Positions 36,101-47,609 of a stretch of 64,000 nucleotides of DNA are shown here, one piece after another (position 1 is the stretch's first letter; the number at the start of each line of letters is the position of its first letter). The DNA lies in assembly GCA_973895155.1 (NCBI GenBank), contig OZ316891.1:5675708-5739707 (forward strand), written 5' to 3'. The DNA comes from Marsupella aquatica (taxonomy: Eukaryota; Plantae; Marchantiophyta). The translations under genes and the position numbers were made by a program. Under the pieces are notes generated by a model. That model was not told the DNA's origin, did no database searches, and was given only the letters and a program-made list of their open reading frames with translations.

Positions 36101-39100
36101 GCCTCCAATCCTTCAGCATCCTCTTATCCGGCTTCTTGGGGATGAACTTTATTGTCCCCTCCTTTATCCCACTTGCCAACTTTCCAGTCAGCCAAAATTC
36201 TTGAATCATAGCAACCAGATCCTCTTGCATGAACTCCCAGCACTCCTGGTATATCTCCGTTGACAGTCCATCCGGACCAGGGGCCTTATCTTTAGGTAGC
36301 ATCCACAGGTTTCCTTAATTTCTTGACTTGTGGGTAACCTCTCCATCCTGGCTATCTCCGAAGGGCTTAATATTGCTCGCGTGTGTTCAAGCAATTTACT
36401 GCGTTCCTTAAGTGTATCACTCCTTTCTTGTCTATTGGGCTCCCCAGGCAAGTACAGTTCCATGCACGTCCTTTCTACTTCTCTCATGATCAGTGCTGCG
36501 TCAGTGATCACCCGTCCTCCTCCAAGCAGCAGACTCTTCATTGCCTCCCGCTCCCTCTTGGCTTTCACCGTAGCAAAATAGAATCTTGAGGGTTCCTCTC
36601 CCTCCCCCAGCCATTTAATTTGTGCTAGTCGTCTTCCTCTGTGTGCCTCCTCCAATTCCGAAGCATGTAATAGATCTTCCGTGTCGATATACTCCCTCAA
36701 TTGATCTCCTGTGCATTCTTCCAAGATTGTCACCTTTAGTACCCGTAGTTGATTGCGTAGGAGTTGCATCGCTTCATCCTGTTGCTTTGGTGTTGCCTAC
36801 TTCTCCTTGTATATTCTCCTCAAGTTGCGACTGGCCAGGTCAAAAGCCAATATTGGTTCCACACAACTCCCCTTTCCTTCCTGCCATGCCGCTTACAATG
36901 CCTCAACATAACCCACCATCCTCGCCACTGCAGGATTGGCACGAAACATCTGTATCCTTGCCCGAGGGCGGTCTCCCCTTTGTTCATCTATCAGGCGCAA
37001 ACTTACTAATACAGGATCATGATCGGACAGGGCCGATCCACCGTCATGCTCTAATTCCCTGAGTTGCTCAATCCATTCTCCGTTATCGCTCATGTAGAAT
37101 CTATCGAGCCTAGATTGCACCATTACTCCGTTCCTGTTCCTTTGCCACGTGAAGCCAGACCCCTTGGCCCCCCCGTTGAATAATATAGCATCCACTAAGT
37201 TAAACCTTACTTAAAAAAAACGCCAGACCTCCGCTTCCCGGCGGGGAACCGCCTGTCGAGTCTTCTCTCCGCTCCGTCATGTTAAAGTCACCACAAACCA
37301 CCCAATTGGCCTGTGGCAGCCTCAGCTTCAACTCGTTCCATAAAATTGCCCGTCGTCTAGGGGAACTGGCAATGCCAATTTTATGCCAATTCCACAATAG
37401 CCCAAGCGGCTCTCCCGAGATCCACCATTCCCGTGGCAATCAGTTTAATATCTAGATTAATTAGTAGGGAAGTTCCTCCACGGCCCTCCTCTGGAGCAGA
37501 AGTAATGCATTGATACGATGGCAGTATGGCTCTCAGTGCAATGTTAAATCTAAATTGGTCAGCTTTGATTTCTTGCAAGGCTAAAATATCCAGTCGTTCC
37601 CTTCTCGATTGTATCCAGTTTTTTAAAGCGTTCTTCCTGTTGGGCTCACATAGCCCACACACATTCCATGAGGCCAGCTTCAACATATCCTCCTTAGAAT
37701 GCCTCCCTTCACCCGCGGACCACTCAGTGCAGTAGATGGATACGGCTACCTGAAGATTTGCCCGAGCCCTCACTATCGCTCCTGCGAATCCTTGGCATAT
37801 ATTGCTATTACTGTTTCCCCTGCCTCCTCCATTTGCCAGTCCACACTCGTTGTAGGAGCAGTGTCCGGTGTTCCCTTGCCCGCCTCTCCACTTGGAGTAG
37901 CAATATCGGTTATTAGTCCTCCATCCTCCTCCACGGGTGCAATCTTAATGCTTTGCCCTGCATCAGATACCACAGGAAGTGAGAAATTGAGGGACCGTTG
38001 CTTTTTGGCCTCTTGAGGAGCTCGGTCTTTCTTGGTAGCAGGTGGCGTCCTTTTGTCCAGCTTTCTGGCTCTTTGCTTTCCTTTGCTGGATACATAGTCT
38101 TCGTACTCAGACATGTCAGCATCAGTATCGCCGTGGTAGGAGAATGCTTCAGGGTCCACGCCTTCGCTAAGTGCTTCATTAGATGCTGCCGTCTCAGAGG
38201 TAGCCACAGGGGCAGGTGCAAAGCTTTGTGCCTCAGCATCCAGTGTCTTTCGTATTAGTGTCTCCGAGGTTGCTAAATCTACCTTCGCTTCCAGTCCACC
38301 TGGTGGCATCAACAAAGTATTAGCTGTCCCTTGATCATCCGATTTATGCCTGCTAGAATTCCCATTCCCCGCATCACCATGGGAGAGAGGAGCAGCCTCT
38401 GCTTCCTTCCTCATCAAGGATTCCACCGCAAGTAAATCCGTTGTGATGGAATTGCGCTCTTCCGGGGCAGGCAAGCTCGCACCTTGCCGAACTCGGAGGT
38501 TCATAGCTAATTGCGCCCTTAGGACCTCTTTTGGGTTCCCTCCGCAATCTCATCCAATTCCTCCGGAGAGTCATCATTCTCTTCTTCCTTGTTTTCCTGG
38601 TCCGCTTCTGCAACTACATCCCTTCCTTCCCTACATTCCCTAGCTAGATGTCCTTTCTTTATTGCACTTAAAGCAGTGAAATGGAATGTTTTTAAACAAA
38701 ATTGGTTGCCATATGATTATGTCACTCTGAGGCACCTCCCTCTCCGTGTCCCAAAGGATACAGGCCCTATCGTGCGGATAGGAGCTGTAGTCATCTCCTT
38801 GGATATAGTGTAGTAGCTTCCCAAGTGATTCTGCAATCTTAATCCTGCACCCTTCTAACACCAGCGCCCGGAATGGAAGCTCAATCCAAACAGGTAGCTT
38901 TGTGTATTTCGCGGATCTGATGTCGAATGAGGGGTCCCAAGGGAACATAAACACCAATTTACGCTCGAGAAACCAAGGTGCAGATTCCCGAGCCAGATCA
39001 CGAGGATCCGCCTTTTCGAATACTATCAGGTAAAAGACTTTCCCCACAAATTTAACCTGTAGCACTGGCCAATTTCGCCCTGCTACCATCCAGTCTTCCA

Positions 39101-40378
39101 CCCATGCCCGAAAAGTGGGTAGCATAGGGGTCCAGTCAGTAAAATAACAGAGCATTGCGCAGTTGTATAACTGCCTAACATTACTCGCAGCTTCTTCCAG
39201 GCTCCATTCCACCGTAGTGTATAGCTTCGTGTTCCAATCCCCCTTTGAGTTTTCTGCAATCTCCTTTAATATGTTAATACATTTATCCGACACCCCTTCC
39301 CTCTCTTGTCCTTCCTGATTCGCCGTTGTTGCCTCCTCGTTCCGATTGCCAAGGTTCGCGGATTGCGGATGCAAAGTCGCAGTTCCGTTGCCATTGTCAA
39401 GCCCGGGGGTTGGTTTGTTGTCGTGTGGGATCTCATGACCCCATCTCTCTCAGTGAGAGGTTGAGCCACCCTTTCAGCCCCCTCCCCACGCGCCGTTTGG
39501 ATTCCTCGCATCTCACGCGAGTCCGGGGGGTCCTTGCGGACACGATCAGAGTTGGCATATAGATCAAAGGGCTCTTGGGCAACAAAATAAGGACGTCTTT
39601 GTGGAGCCCTCTGCGGGCCACGATCATGCGTTGCCGCTTCCCCACGAGAATCCTGTGCACTGTATCTCAAGCTATCTTCACCGTGAGTTGTCATATCTTT
39701 GCTGCAAATCGAAGTGGGTGAGAAAGAGTATAGCAGTGTAGCTTCTTACCTCAAAAAAAGTTACTCTTTGTTAAACCAGTAGTGCCAATCAACCCCGCCT
39801 CTCTCGGATTATCGCAACGTACTCACCACCTTTTCTTACTCCCGTTCTTCCCGTCCCTTCACTGTTCCCCGCGCCTTCACCCTATCCGATACGTCTCCTA
39901 CCCTCCTCAAATCTTCACTGTTCCCTCCCTGTCCCTTCGTCCAGCCCTATCTTTGGCGCAATCCTTTGCTCCCCCATTCTCCCCGAGGTGATCTCCCTTC
40001 TCAACCTCGTCTCTCCCGTGCTTCCTTACCTTTCTGCCTTAACTATCCCCAATCTTCGTTTACTGTTCCGCCAGTCCTCCATTTTGCCGCAGTTTGTCAC
40101 TCCTTCTTCCCTTCTATCTCTCTGCCAGGTGCAACGGTTTTACCGTCAATCCTCTAAGTTCGCGCAACCTAATATCCTCGATAGCCCATGTACTTTCGAT
40201 CCTAAACCATACTCAGCGAGATTAATCTTGATCACTAACGCCACCGCACCTCATTCATCAGATCCCCCTTATAAACTTAATCCCCCGAGGATGGTCCCAC
40301 CCAACACCAATCCGTCCGTAAGGCCACAGGTTCACAAGCGCACCTCAGCACCCCAATCGTCAGCCCCCCTTCAAGATC
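33127..40378 (-). mobile_element. Full-length degenerate L1-clade LINE retrotransposon
   Basis: 16-bp TSD tggtactcatattatt at 33111-33126 and 40379-40394. ORF1 fragments run ~39694-37773 (LPVWIELP, CFKC knuckle). ORF2 starts at ~37686 and contains the APE endonuclease (LASWNVCGL, LQE, GDFN, SRLDRFY, SDHDP), RT (KAPGPDG, LDFEKAFD, RQGCPL, FADD) and zf-RVT (CKLC..ETIPHLFLEC). Multiple frameshifts are present. Confidence 0.95.
33891..34357. mobile_element. Solo LTR nested in LINE ORF2
   Basis: Termini are TGTC...GTGTGACA with flanking ATTT duplicated. Removing it rejoins the LINE frame as GKSELD*NKYWMGIWGSG. Confidence 0.75.
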
Positions 40379-41047
40379 TGGTACTCATATTATTGATGAC
40401 ATACTTCCTTAATGTGTCGTCTTTGATTCAGGAAAAGGGTTTGACCTAATAAACATTGTATTTGATGTCCCTGCTTACTCGTTATTCTGATGAGAGCTCG
40501 CATGAAATGAGTATTTTCCCACTTTGTTATGGTAACAAACACAAATACTGCTTCATCCAGTGAAGAGGAGTTAAAGCTCTGGCTTTCCAGCAAAGTTTCA
40601 CCAATCTAATAGGTTGTCCCCTTTGTCTGCCTGATGACAAGGTACTCTTCGATGATGCAAAGAATCTCTCTATGGACCCCCAAGGTTGCCTAGGCCGCTT
40701 CTCAAGGACATGCACCAATCCCCACTGGACGTGGTGGGTTTGAATGGCAAGCTGATTTTCGACTGGCGGGAAACATGAGGAACGGGAGACGATATCCATG
40801 CAATGGTCATACATAGGAAAAGACGACAATTCTAGGTAAGACATCTATTGGATTCGGCGGTTGACAAACTGTTGCTTTTGTGCACTTCATTTGTTTTTCT
40901 CATAAAATCCGGGCTATAGGGATGTGTCAAGGAGCGTCTTGAAGAGTGAAGCTTTTGCAAGCTCTAACGTAGATCCAAGAATGGAAGAGAAAACAAACTG
41001 ACAAGAAAGGCATTATCCGCTGGGAATTTGCTTCTGGTATAACTTAC

Positions 41048-42970
41048 TGGACCAATTGCTGATTCGATTTGACAAGCTTGCGAGCCTCACCTAGCTTCCT
41101 TTCCAAATCTGCTGTCTGCCATCCGTTATAAAACAGAGAGTAAGTCCTTAAAGCGGATGAGAATGGTAACTGGAATGATCAAACCCTAAACCCTAAACCC
41201 TAAACCCTAACCACTTTAAACTAAACAAATCGAACCTTCTTCTTCAAACTCTCATTGTCGGTCTTGAGATGATCCACTTCATGTCTCATTAAGTGGATGT
41301 CGTTGAGTCCTTTGTCAATGGCATTTTGCTTCTCCTGGAGCAAGGTGTCTTGTTGTGATGTGACTTGTCCTTTTAGCTTCACCTTTGACTTCAAGGGTCA
41401 GAGTTCCAACCGTTCACATTTGTACATAAAAGATCAGCTTCGCACTCGATTTTTCAATGACATTTCCTGAATATGTTTATAAGTCGGCTTAGATCACCAC
41501 AACAGAGTTTTGGACTTCCATGAGTGGCCTCGAGCTCCGCGAGAGATTTCTTTTAGTCAGCCTTCCAGGTCAGGTAGTTGACGTGAGTCGTTCAAAGTGA
41601 AGATCTCTACAGATTGTGTCCGTCGGGGTTGGACTACGAGACTGTCCGAAGCTAAGGAGAAACTCATCAAATAGGAAAAGGGGGTGTCAATTGCACTTGT
41701 AATTTCTCAATTATTTGGTAGCATTTGGTGATCTCAGCAGAGCAGGCACTGGCTCTCTCCTCAGCGCGATCGGCAGCAGCTTGGGCTTCCTTCCAAGATC
41801 CTTCCAATGCTGATCTGAATTCATCTCAATGAAATTATCACCTTGACATAGTATTTGTGGGGTGCGGCTTCTTTGCAGCATTGGCCGCTCTCAGGCAGAG
41901 CTGAACATCAACTTTGTCAGTCCTAACAAACCACCATGTGCATTGATAACTAAAGGAGATGATAATTGATGAAAAAAAATGGCGCAAAAAGAATTTCAGA
42001 CCTATGAGAACCCTGATTATCCAGGTGCATCGTCAAATTTTCCATCAAATCATTCTTATCCTGAACCTGGCAGCAATCAGGCATTACTCAGGAAAGGATT
42101 AATAATTCGATACATGACCAGATCCGTCAAATTGTCTTTGAAAAAAATAACGTTGTTGATCTTCAGTCAATTACGAAAGAGGATCATCGCTCAAAAGAAT
42201 AGGTCAACGCAAATCCTCACTTCCTGCTCCAATGCGCTAAGGCGAATAAGATCTCGATTCAGCTGCTTTGTGTTTTCGTGTTTATCAGAATCCAGGCTGC
42301 AATTTTCCATAGTCCAGAAACCACGTTCTCAATAATTGTATTTCATAAGGTGGTTCTATTCTAAAATACTTGCTTGAAACAAACAGCTCTCAACTTCACA
42401 GAATCTTACAATCGCTGTACCAACATGGTCAAATAAAAGGAACCTGAAGCAGATGTAGAACAGAATGTCACATAGACCTCTCTGCAGGGTGGAATTTCTT
42501 CGTGGTTAAATAGCTCTTCCATTGATCAGACAGAAATTTATTGCTTTTAGATCGACAGTAGATGAGTTGTGTTTTATACCTTGAACTCAGCCAACCTCCC
42601 AGCCAGATAACTTTTGATGGTTTGCTCATTTACTTGCTTGAAGCACAAGGAGATGTGGCTCAGGTGTTTGAACTGATTTGTCTCCACAATGCTGAAGGTT
42701 GAATCCCCTGTCTGTACGTTCAAGACTGCCAAAAACCCGCAGATAAGAATGGGACAGATAGATTATCTAACTGACAATGTGAGAAACCGTGCTCCTTGTT
42801 CACTGTTGCAGATAATTATCAACAGCCTCTACTACCAGCAAACAAAGTTCAGGAGTAACTGACTCAACAACGCTCTTGTCTCAACTGTTCGTTGCCCTTG
42901 TTGTCCAAAGCGAAAAGTCAAAGCTACACTTTGGGTTTGTTGTGAGTCAGCATCACTCTCTCATAGGTGG
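41048..42970 (-). pseudogene. SAS6: SAS-6 centriolar cartwheel protein, decayed or incomplete copy
   Basis: Exon 42580-42736 FLAVLNVQTGDSTFSIVETNQFKHLSHISLCFKQVNEQTIKSYLAGRLAEFK matches the end of the SAS-6 head. Coiled-coil exons: 42221-~42327 (ENCSLDSDKHE...RLSALEQE), 42002-42066 (VQDKNDL), 41697-41814 (SAEITKCYQIIEKLQ), 41236-41409 (LEL*PLKSKVKLKGQVTSQQDTLLQEK) and 41048-41115 (RKLGEARKLVKSNQQLVQ). Lesions are an in-frame TGA, two CGG acceptors and missing exons. Confidence 0.82.
41181..41210. repeat. Interstitial plant telomeric repeat (CCCTAAA), about four units
   Basis: aaaccctaaaccctaaaccctaaaccctaa inside an intron of the SAS-6 remnant. Confidence 0.9.
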
Positions 42971-43321
42971 TATTAATCGTGGATGTTCTACAATAGCAAG
43001 AAATGACTATTGGAGCTGGTCGACGTTCAGAAATTCTCAAAAGTTTAATGGTTGTAGCTCGGGGTTTGTAGTAGGGATTAATTCAGAACGACGACTGCTC
43101 ATATTTTAATTGTACTGGTTTATCTGAGAAGTAGTGAAGAGTATGCTCTGGAGAAGAGATTGAGATATCTTGAGATATACCATAAGCAGCTGAACTAGCA
43201 ACTAATGCATGTAATACTGTGACAGTCAGCACTTGGTCTATATTTTGGCTGATCGAAGTGTATGCTTTGCTTACATGTGAAGGTGAAGATGGACCTGTGC
43301 GGGAAGTAACATATTATCAGA

Positions 43322-43912
43322 ATGGAAAGATTAGTACGGAAGTACGAGCAGAGCTTTCGAAAAGCGAAGGAGGAGATGATCACCTGGGATACCCTCCAGG
43401 CTTCCCTTCTGAAGCAATTTGGAAATGCTGCAGCCATTATTGAAAGATTGCCTGTTTTAAACAACTCCCATAACTATGGTGTTTTGGCGGAAGACAAGTC
43501 CATGGCCATGGTGAGAGACCTGCCAGCTGCTCAAATGGAGTCACTGGAGCTGACATTTAGGGCAATGGTCAACACTCTAGGTGAGTTGAAAAGAGTCAAG
43601 AACTCTCTAGAGAAGATCTGGCGCGATGGTCAGCTGATGCTGAGGGCTGAGAAAATGCTCACACCACAGCAACGACAACAAAGGGTGGGCCCAAGGCCTA
43701 GCCTTCAAGACTGCACAGATGGTCTTTACTCACTTTATCAAATGCATTGTGATGAGTACAATTTAAAGGGAACTCTGATATCAGCATTGTATTATGACAT
43801 TCAATCTGAAGATTTGATGCTGCTACAGACCTTACTGACAGAAGAACCCAACATCCCTTCCAAGGAAGTGCAGCATATAATAGATATGATATCGGCAGGT
43901 GAAGGGAAGTAA
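43322..43912 (+). CDS. CA109-like/C1orf109 family protein (At5g43822-like), intronless CDS, 196 aa
   Basis: MERLVRKYEQSFRKAKEEM..WD.LQ..L..QFGNAAAIIERL and QQRVGPRPSLQDCTDGL..LYQMHCDEY resemble the plant family as recalled from memory. Confidence 0.78.
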   Translation: MERLVRKYEQSFRKAKEEMITWDTLQASLLKQFGNAAAIIERLPVLNNSHNYGVLAEDKSMAMVRDLPAAQMESLELTFRAMVNTLGELKRVKNSLEKIWRDGQLMLRAEKMLTPQQRQQRVGPRPSLQDCTDGLYSLYQMHCDEYNLKGTLISALYYDIQSEDLMLLQTLLTEEPNIPSKEVQHIIDMISAGEGK

Positions 43913-45699
43913 TTGGGGATTGCCACTGTACGTGAAATGTCTTGTAATTAGTCATGGAGGATGTGAGTTCTGCAGTGAGAATAGTATCAGCAGGAAGGTG
44001 GTGTGTTGTAGATCGTAGTGGTCATTATTATTTGCAATCAATTTCCTGTCGCGTCGTCCTTGTATATGAGATATATTCTGGATTTCGACATGGGTCTGCA
44101 CTGTAGATAGTGATCGAGCTTCGTTTACTGTTCCTGACTGGATCCGTTGTATACTTTACATTTGTTTTATCTTACTTGTTTGTCTCAAGTAGGTATCAAA
44201 GAGAATCTGCACACATCTATCCATCTATACATCCACAGTACGGGGTTGGTTCGTGGCAGGAATCCATACATCGACAACAAATCCTTAACAGTTCCAATGT
44301 GTATGTTCACATCCATGCATCCATACTAGTCACACCTGCATAAGCCGAAGTACGTAAACCTCAATGCACTAAGACCCCAATATTGTGAACGAAGGAAAAA
44401 CCAACAGAAAATTCTATGAGAAAAAGAATGAGACAACAGCACCTGAAACAATTGCGACTCTGTACCGACGAAGACTTCTGTGGACCAGTTTCTCATGCAC
44501 TGGATATTGTTTGTTGGAAAGCGAAGCCTGATGCTCCCAGCCTACTCAGAGGCTGAATTCATGGCGACATACACTAGGCCATGACTCGAGGAGAGTGAAT
44601 GGGGGTAGGCGATGATTCTTTTGTAGGCATCTTCACCCCTTGACAGGACTGAGTATGACCTTAGAGCACTTCCCTCTGTAGCTGGGATGAGGCCTGGACA
44701 GAGTGGTTCACAAACTAAGACCTGCCCATATGAGTGACTGGTCACCGCCATCATGTCTAGGGGAAACCACCCAACCTTGGCTAGAACTGGGTCCAAGCTA
44801 CTGTAGATCAAACTCCTGAGTGCAAGCTACCGCTTGGTGAAGGCCAGCAGGACAGCTGAAAGGACCATCATAACCATAGTTTAGTTAACCAAAAAAGCCA
44901 GGGGAAAGCACTCCTAATTAGGAGAGGTAATTGAAAAAGTGTAAAGGTCCCTTGAGGGGGTTATGGGCTGGAATCAGTGAGGGGATTACAGACCGTGATA
45001 CCCCTGAAGAGGGGATGGGTTATTGTGTGCCCTGACAAATTAATACACATTGAAATATGTTTGGGAGAAGCCTCAGCCCCAATCTGCATCAACAATATAG
45101 AGATTTGAATTGTCCTGGCCAGGTTGGTGAGAGGGTTAAAGCGCTCCTGATCGCTGCACACCAAAAAGCCCTGCCATTGGAGAGTTTTAGCAAGCAAGTG
45201 AGGTGCTCGTGCATCCGGGTTTGTGAAGGGTCTGATGAGCCTCCCCATTTGTCCTCCTGTTCACACTGACTCACCAAAAACTGCCAGTGGCAAGTTTGTC
45301 AAGTGCACTAGATCCAATGTGAGAGGCCCATTTGTAATGGTTGGTTGGTCTTGGTGAGCTGAGTCCTCTAGCTATGGAGCACGGTACAGCCAGGCTCAGG
45401 AGGTAAAAACACCAGGCTGTGACATTCACTTGGGGTGTGTAGATCGGGGCACGGTCAAGGTTAAAAAACTGGGCCTGAAGGCTGATCCCACTATACTTGA
45501 TCCGCCAAGGCCCAACAGTGGACGGGTGGGAGTGCTCTCATTGTCCATATGATTGATAACCTTGAATGTACAAAAACAGATTCACAAAGTGGGTTTACTG
45601 GTCACTAACAAGTTAAGTTTTTAAGGTTTCTTTTTCCTTTATTTTTGTTCTTCACCAGGGCGGCTAATAGTATCCTTATCTAATTTTTTTAGATTAATC

Positions 45700-45785
45700 T
45701 CTGACCATCAGATCTCCCTCAATTTGAGGATGACTTCAGATTCTGGCTAATGGGGTCTGTGGCTAGGTGGTAAACTGGCTAATAG
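45700..45785. repeat. Dispersed repeat family; other copies at ~57490-57575 and ~57811-57895
   Basis: Shared core tgaccatcagatctccct..attt.agg...atgggg.ctg. Confidence 0.75.
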
Positions 45786-46455
45786 AAGCTAGAAAGGACT
45801 ACAAAAACCCAACTGTGGCTAAAGTTTACCTATTAAACCCTTTGGACAACAATTGAACCTCTCCATAAACGTGCTTGATGACCATGACGACCAGGCATGA
45901 CTGGTGACTACTTTTTGGCCTAAAATGCACAAGATAACAAAAGCAGCACAAACAAAAGATTTGAATGGAAACTTTTTTTGGCACCCAAATTGATGTGAAA
46001 AGTTTTTCAAAGTTAGGTTAATCTAGTAAACGTATAATGGAATTTTTTTTCCTGTTTGCATGAGTTTACAGATAGGTCTAATGGCAAAGACTTCCAAAAG
46101 TTTTTATATTATAGAACAGCAAAGGAATACAGGGAGACATGATCCCAAAGATCAAAAACCCAATAAAGAGTGAAATACAAAGTAAAAAACAGGGGAAAAC
46201 CCAGGAGCAAAAAAGCCTAAGGGCCAAAATGCACAAAAGCTTAAATGGCAAAGAACAAAAGTCCTACTGAGTGAGCTACATACTGAAACACATGGTACAT
46301 CTCCAGTGTGAACTGCATAGGAGGGTCACGAAGAGAGACTCGACTTGAAGTTCTAAAACCCAACCGCCTCAGCCTGCCAAAGGTTAGTGAATGCCCAAGC
46401 CCGAGCCCGAGCCAGAGCCCGAGCCTGCTGTAGAGCAAGGGACACCCCTGCCAAA

Positions 46456-46660
46456 AGGAGCAAGTGAGGACTCAAGTAGGGGAAAGGAGCAAGTGAGGAC
46501 TCAAGTAGGGGGAGAGAAGCAAGTGAGGACTCAAGTAGGGGAAAGGAGCAAGTGAGGACTCAAGTAGGGGAAAGGAGCAAGTGAGCACTCAAGTAGGGGG
46601 AGAGAAGCAAGTGAGGACTCAAGTAGGGGAAAGGAGCAAGTGAGGACTCAAGTAGGGGGA
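46456..46660. repeat. Minisatellite, seven copies of a 29-30-bp unit
   Basis: Unit (g/a)agcaagtgaggactcaagtagggg(g)a, head to tail with no spacers. Confidence 0.92.
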
Positions 46661-46768
46661 TAGATGTAATCGAGCTAATTTCGTCACTAAAGCAAAGCTG
46701 GTTAACTCGACTGTGAGGCCTTTGGTTGTGTCGAGCGAATGGTGTCGCTCGTCAGCTTGCATGGCTTC

Positions 46769-46827
46769 CGCTGCGCTGCGCTGCGCTGCGCTGTGCTGTG
46801 CTGTGCTGTGCCGTGCCGTGCCGTGCT
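46769..46827. repeat. Compound pentanucleotide microsatellite (CGCTG)n(TGCTG)n(TGCCG)n
   Basis: Directly visible. Confidence 0.88.
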
Positions 46828-47609
46828 GGAGAATTGCATCACGCTTCTCTCGACGTTCCCTTCCGTGCAGTACCCGCAAGAACGATCTCCAGCAAAGAAA
46901 GAACCAAGCGAAATCATGGGTCGATTGGGCAAGAAACGAAACGGGCAGACGCAATCCGTCCGTGGCCAACAATTACTCTTCTCGACTCACCCGAATCGTC
47001 ACAGCAGCAGCAGCGGCGGCACTGTAGAATTGTAATTGTGTCTCCATGCGAATGAAATTGGCGGCAACAACCTACCCACACTATTCGGACGTTGGCTGAT
47101 GAAGTCGGATCACCACTCAGTACCTTTCACCACCACCACCAACCCATTCGGTTGATCAGTCCTGCGGCGAAGAGACATTTGTTGATCACACAGTACTGGA
47201 TGTAGATTGGAACGCCAGTGCTCCTCCTGACAATCGGAGCAGACGCAATCTCTGATTGCCACTTACCAATTAAAAAATTCACACGGATTGACTTGCTCTA
47301 TTTCTTGATTGCTGTACATTGAAGGGAAAGCCAAGATTGGGAATTAAAAACTTGACATGGATAAGTGAGGGATCAATCGTACCTCGACATTAACGAAATG
47401 TCGCCCAGAGGGATCATGACGATGTTGATGGTCGGAGCGAGACAGTGGTAGGACCACACGTAGAGAGTCAGATAGATGGGCTCACCTTTCAAGGCAGCAG
47501 GAGGAGGAGGAGGAGGAGGCGGAGGCGAAGGCGATAAACACAACGCCTATATCTAAAGGCAGAGGAGTGGGAAGGTGGAAAAGTCACTGAGGGCCTGTCG
47601 TGGCAGTGG

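Noticed and set aside
40390-40850. Possible gene or SAS-6 C-terminal exon right of the LINE
   Set aside because: All frames are short or interrupted, and I found no recognisable motif or convincing splice pair.
41090-41110. Apparent frameshift in the last SAS-6 exon
   Set aside because: On recounting, the exon is in frame (TADLERKLGEARK).
41398-42738. RNA editing as a rescue for the SAS-6 stop and acceptor lesions
   Set aside because: U-to-C editing in plants is organellar, no G-to-A repair mechanism is known, and exons are also missing.
44540-45530. GC-richer block with short ORFs, possibly a TE remnant
   Set aside because: No diagnostic motif or termini could be identified by eye.
46456-46660. 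CRISPR-like 29-30-bp repeats
   Set aside because: The units are head to tail with no unique spacers, there are no cas genes, and the context is eukaryotic.
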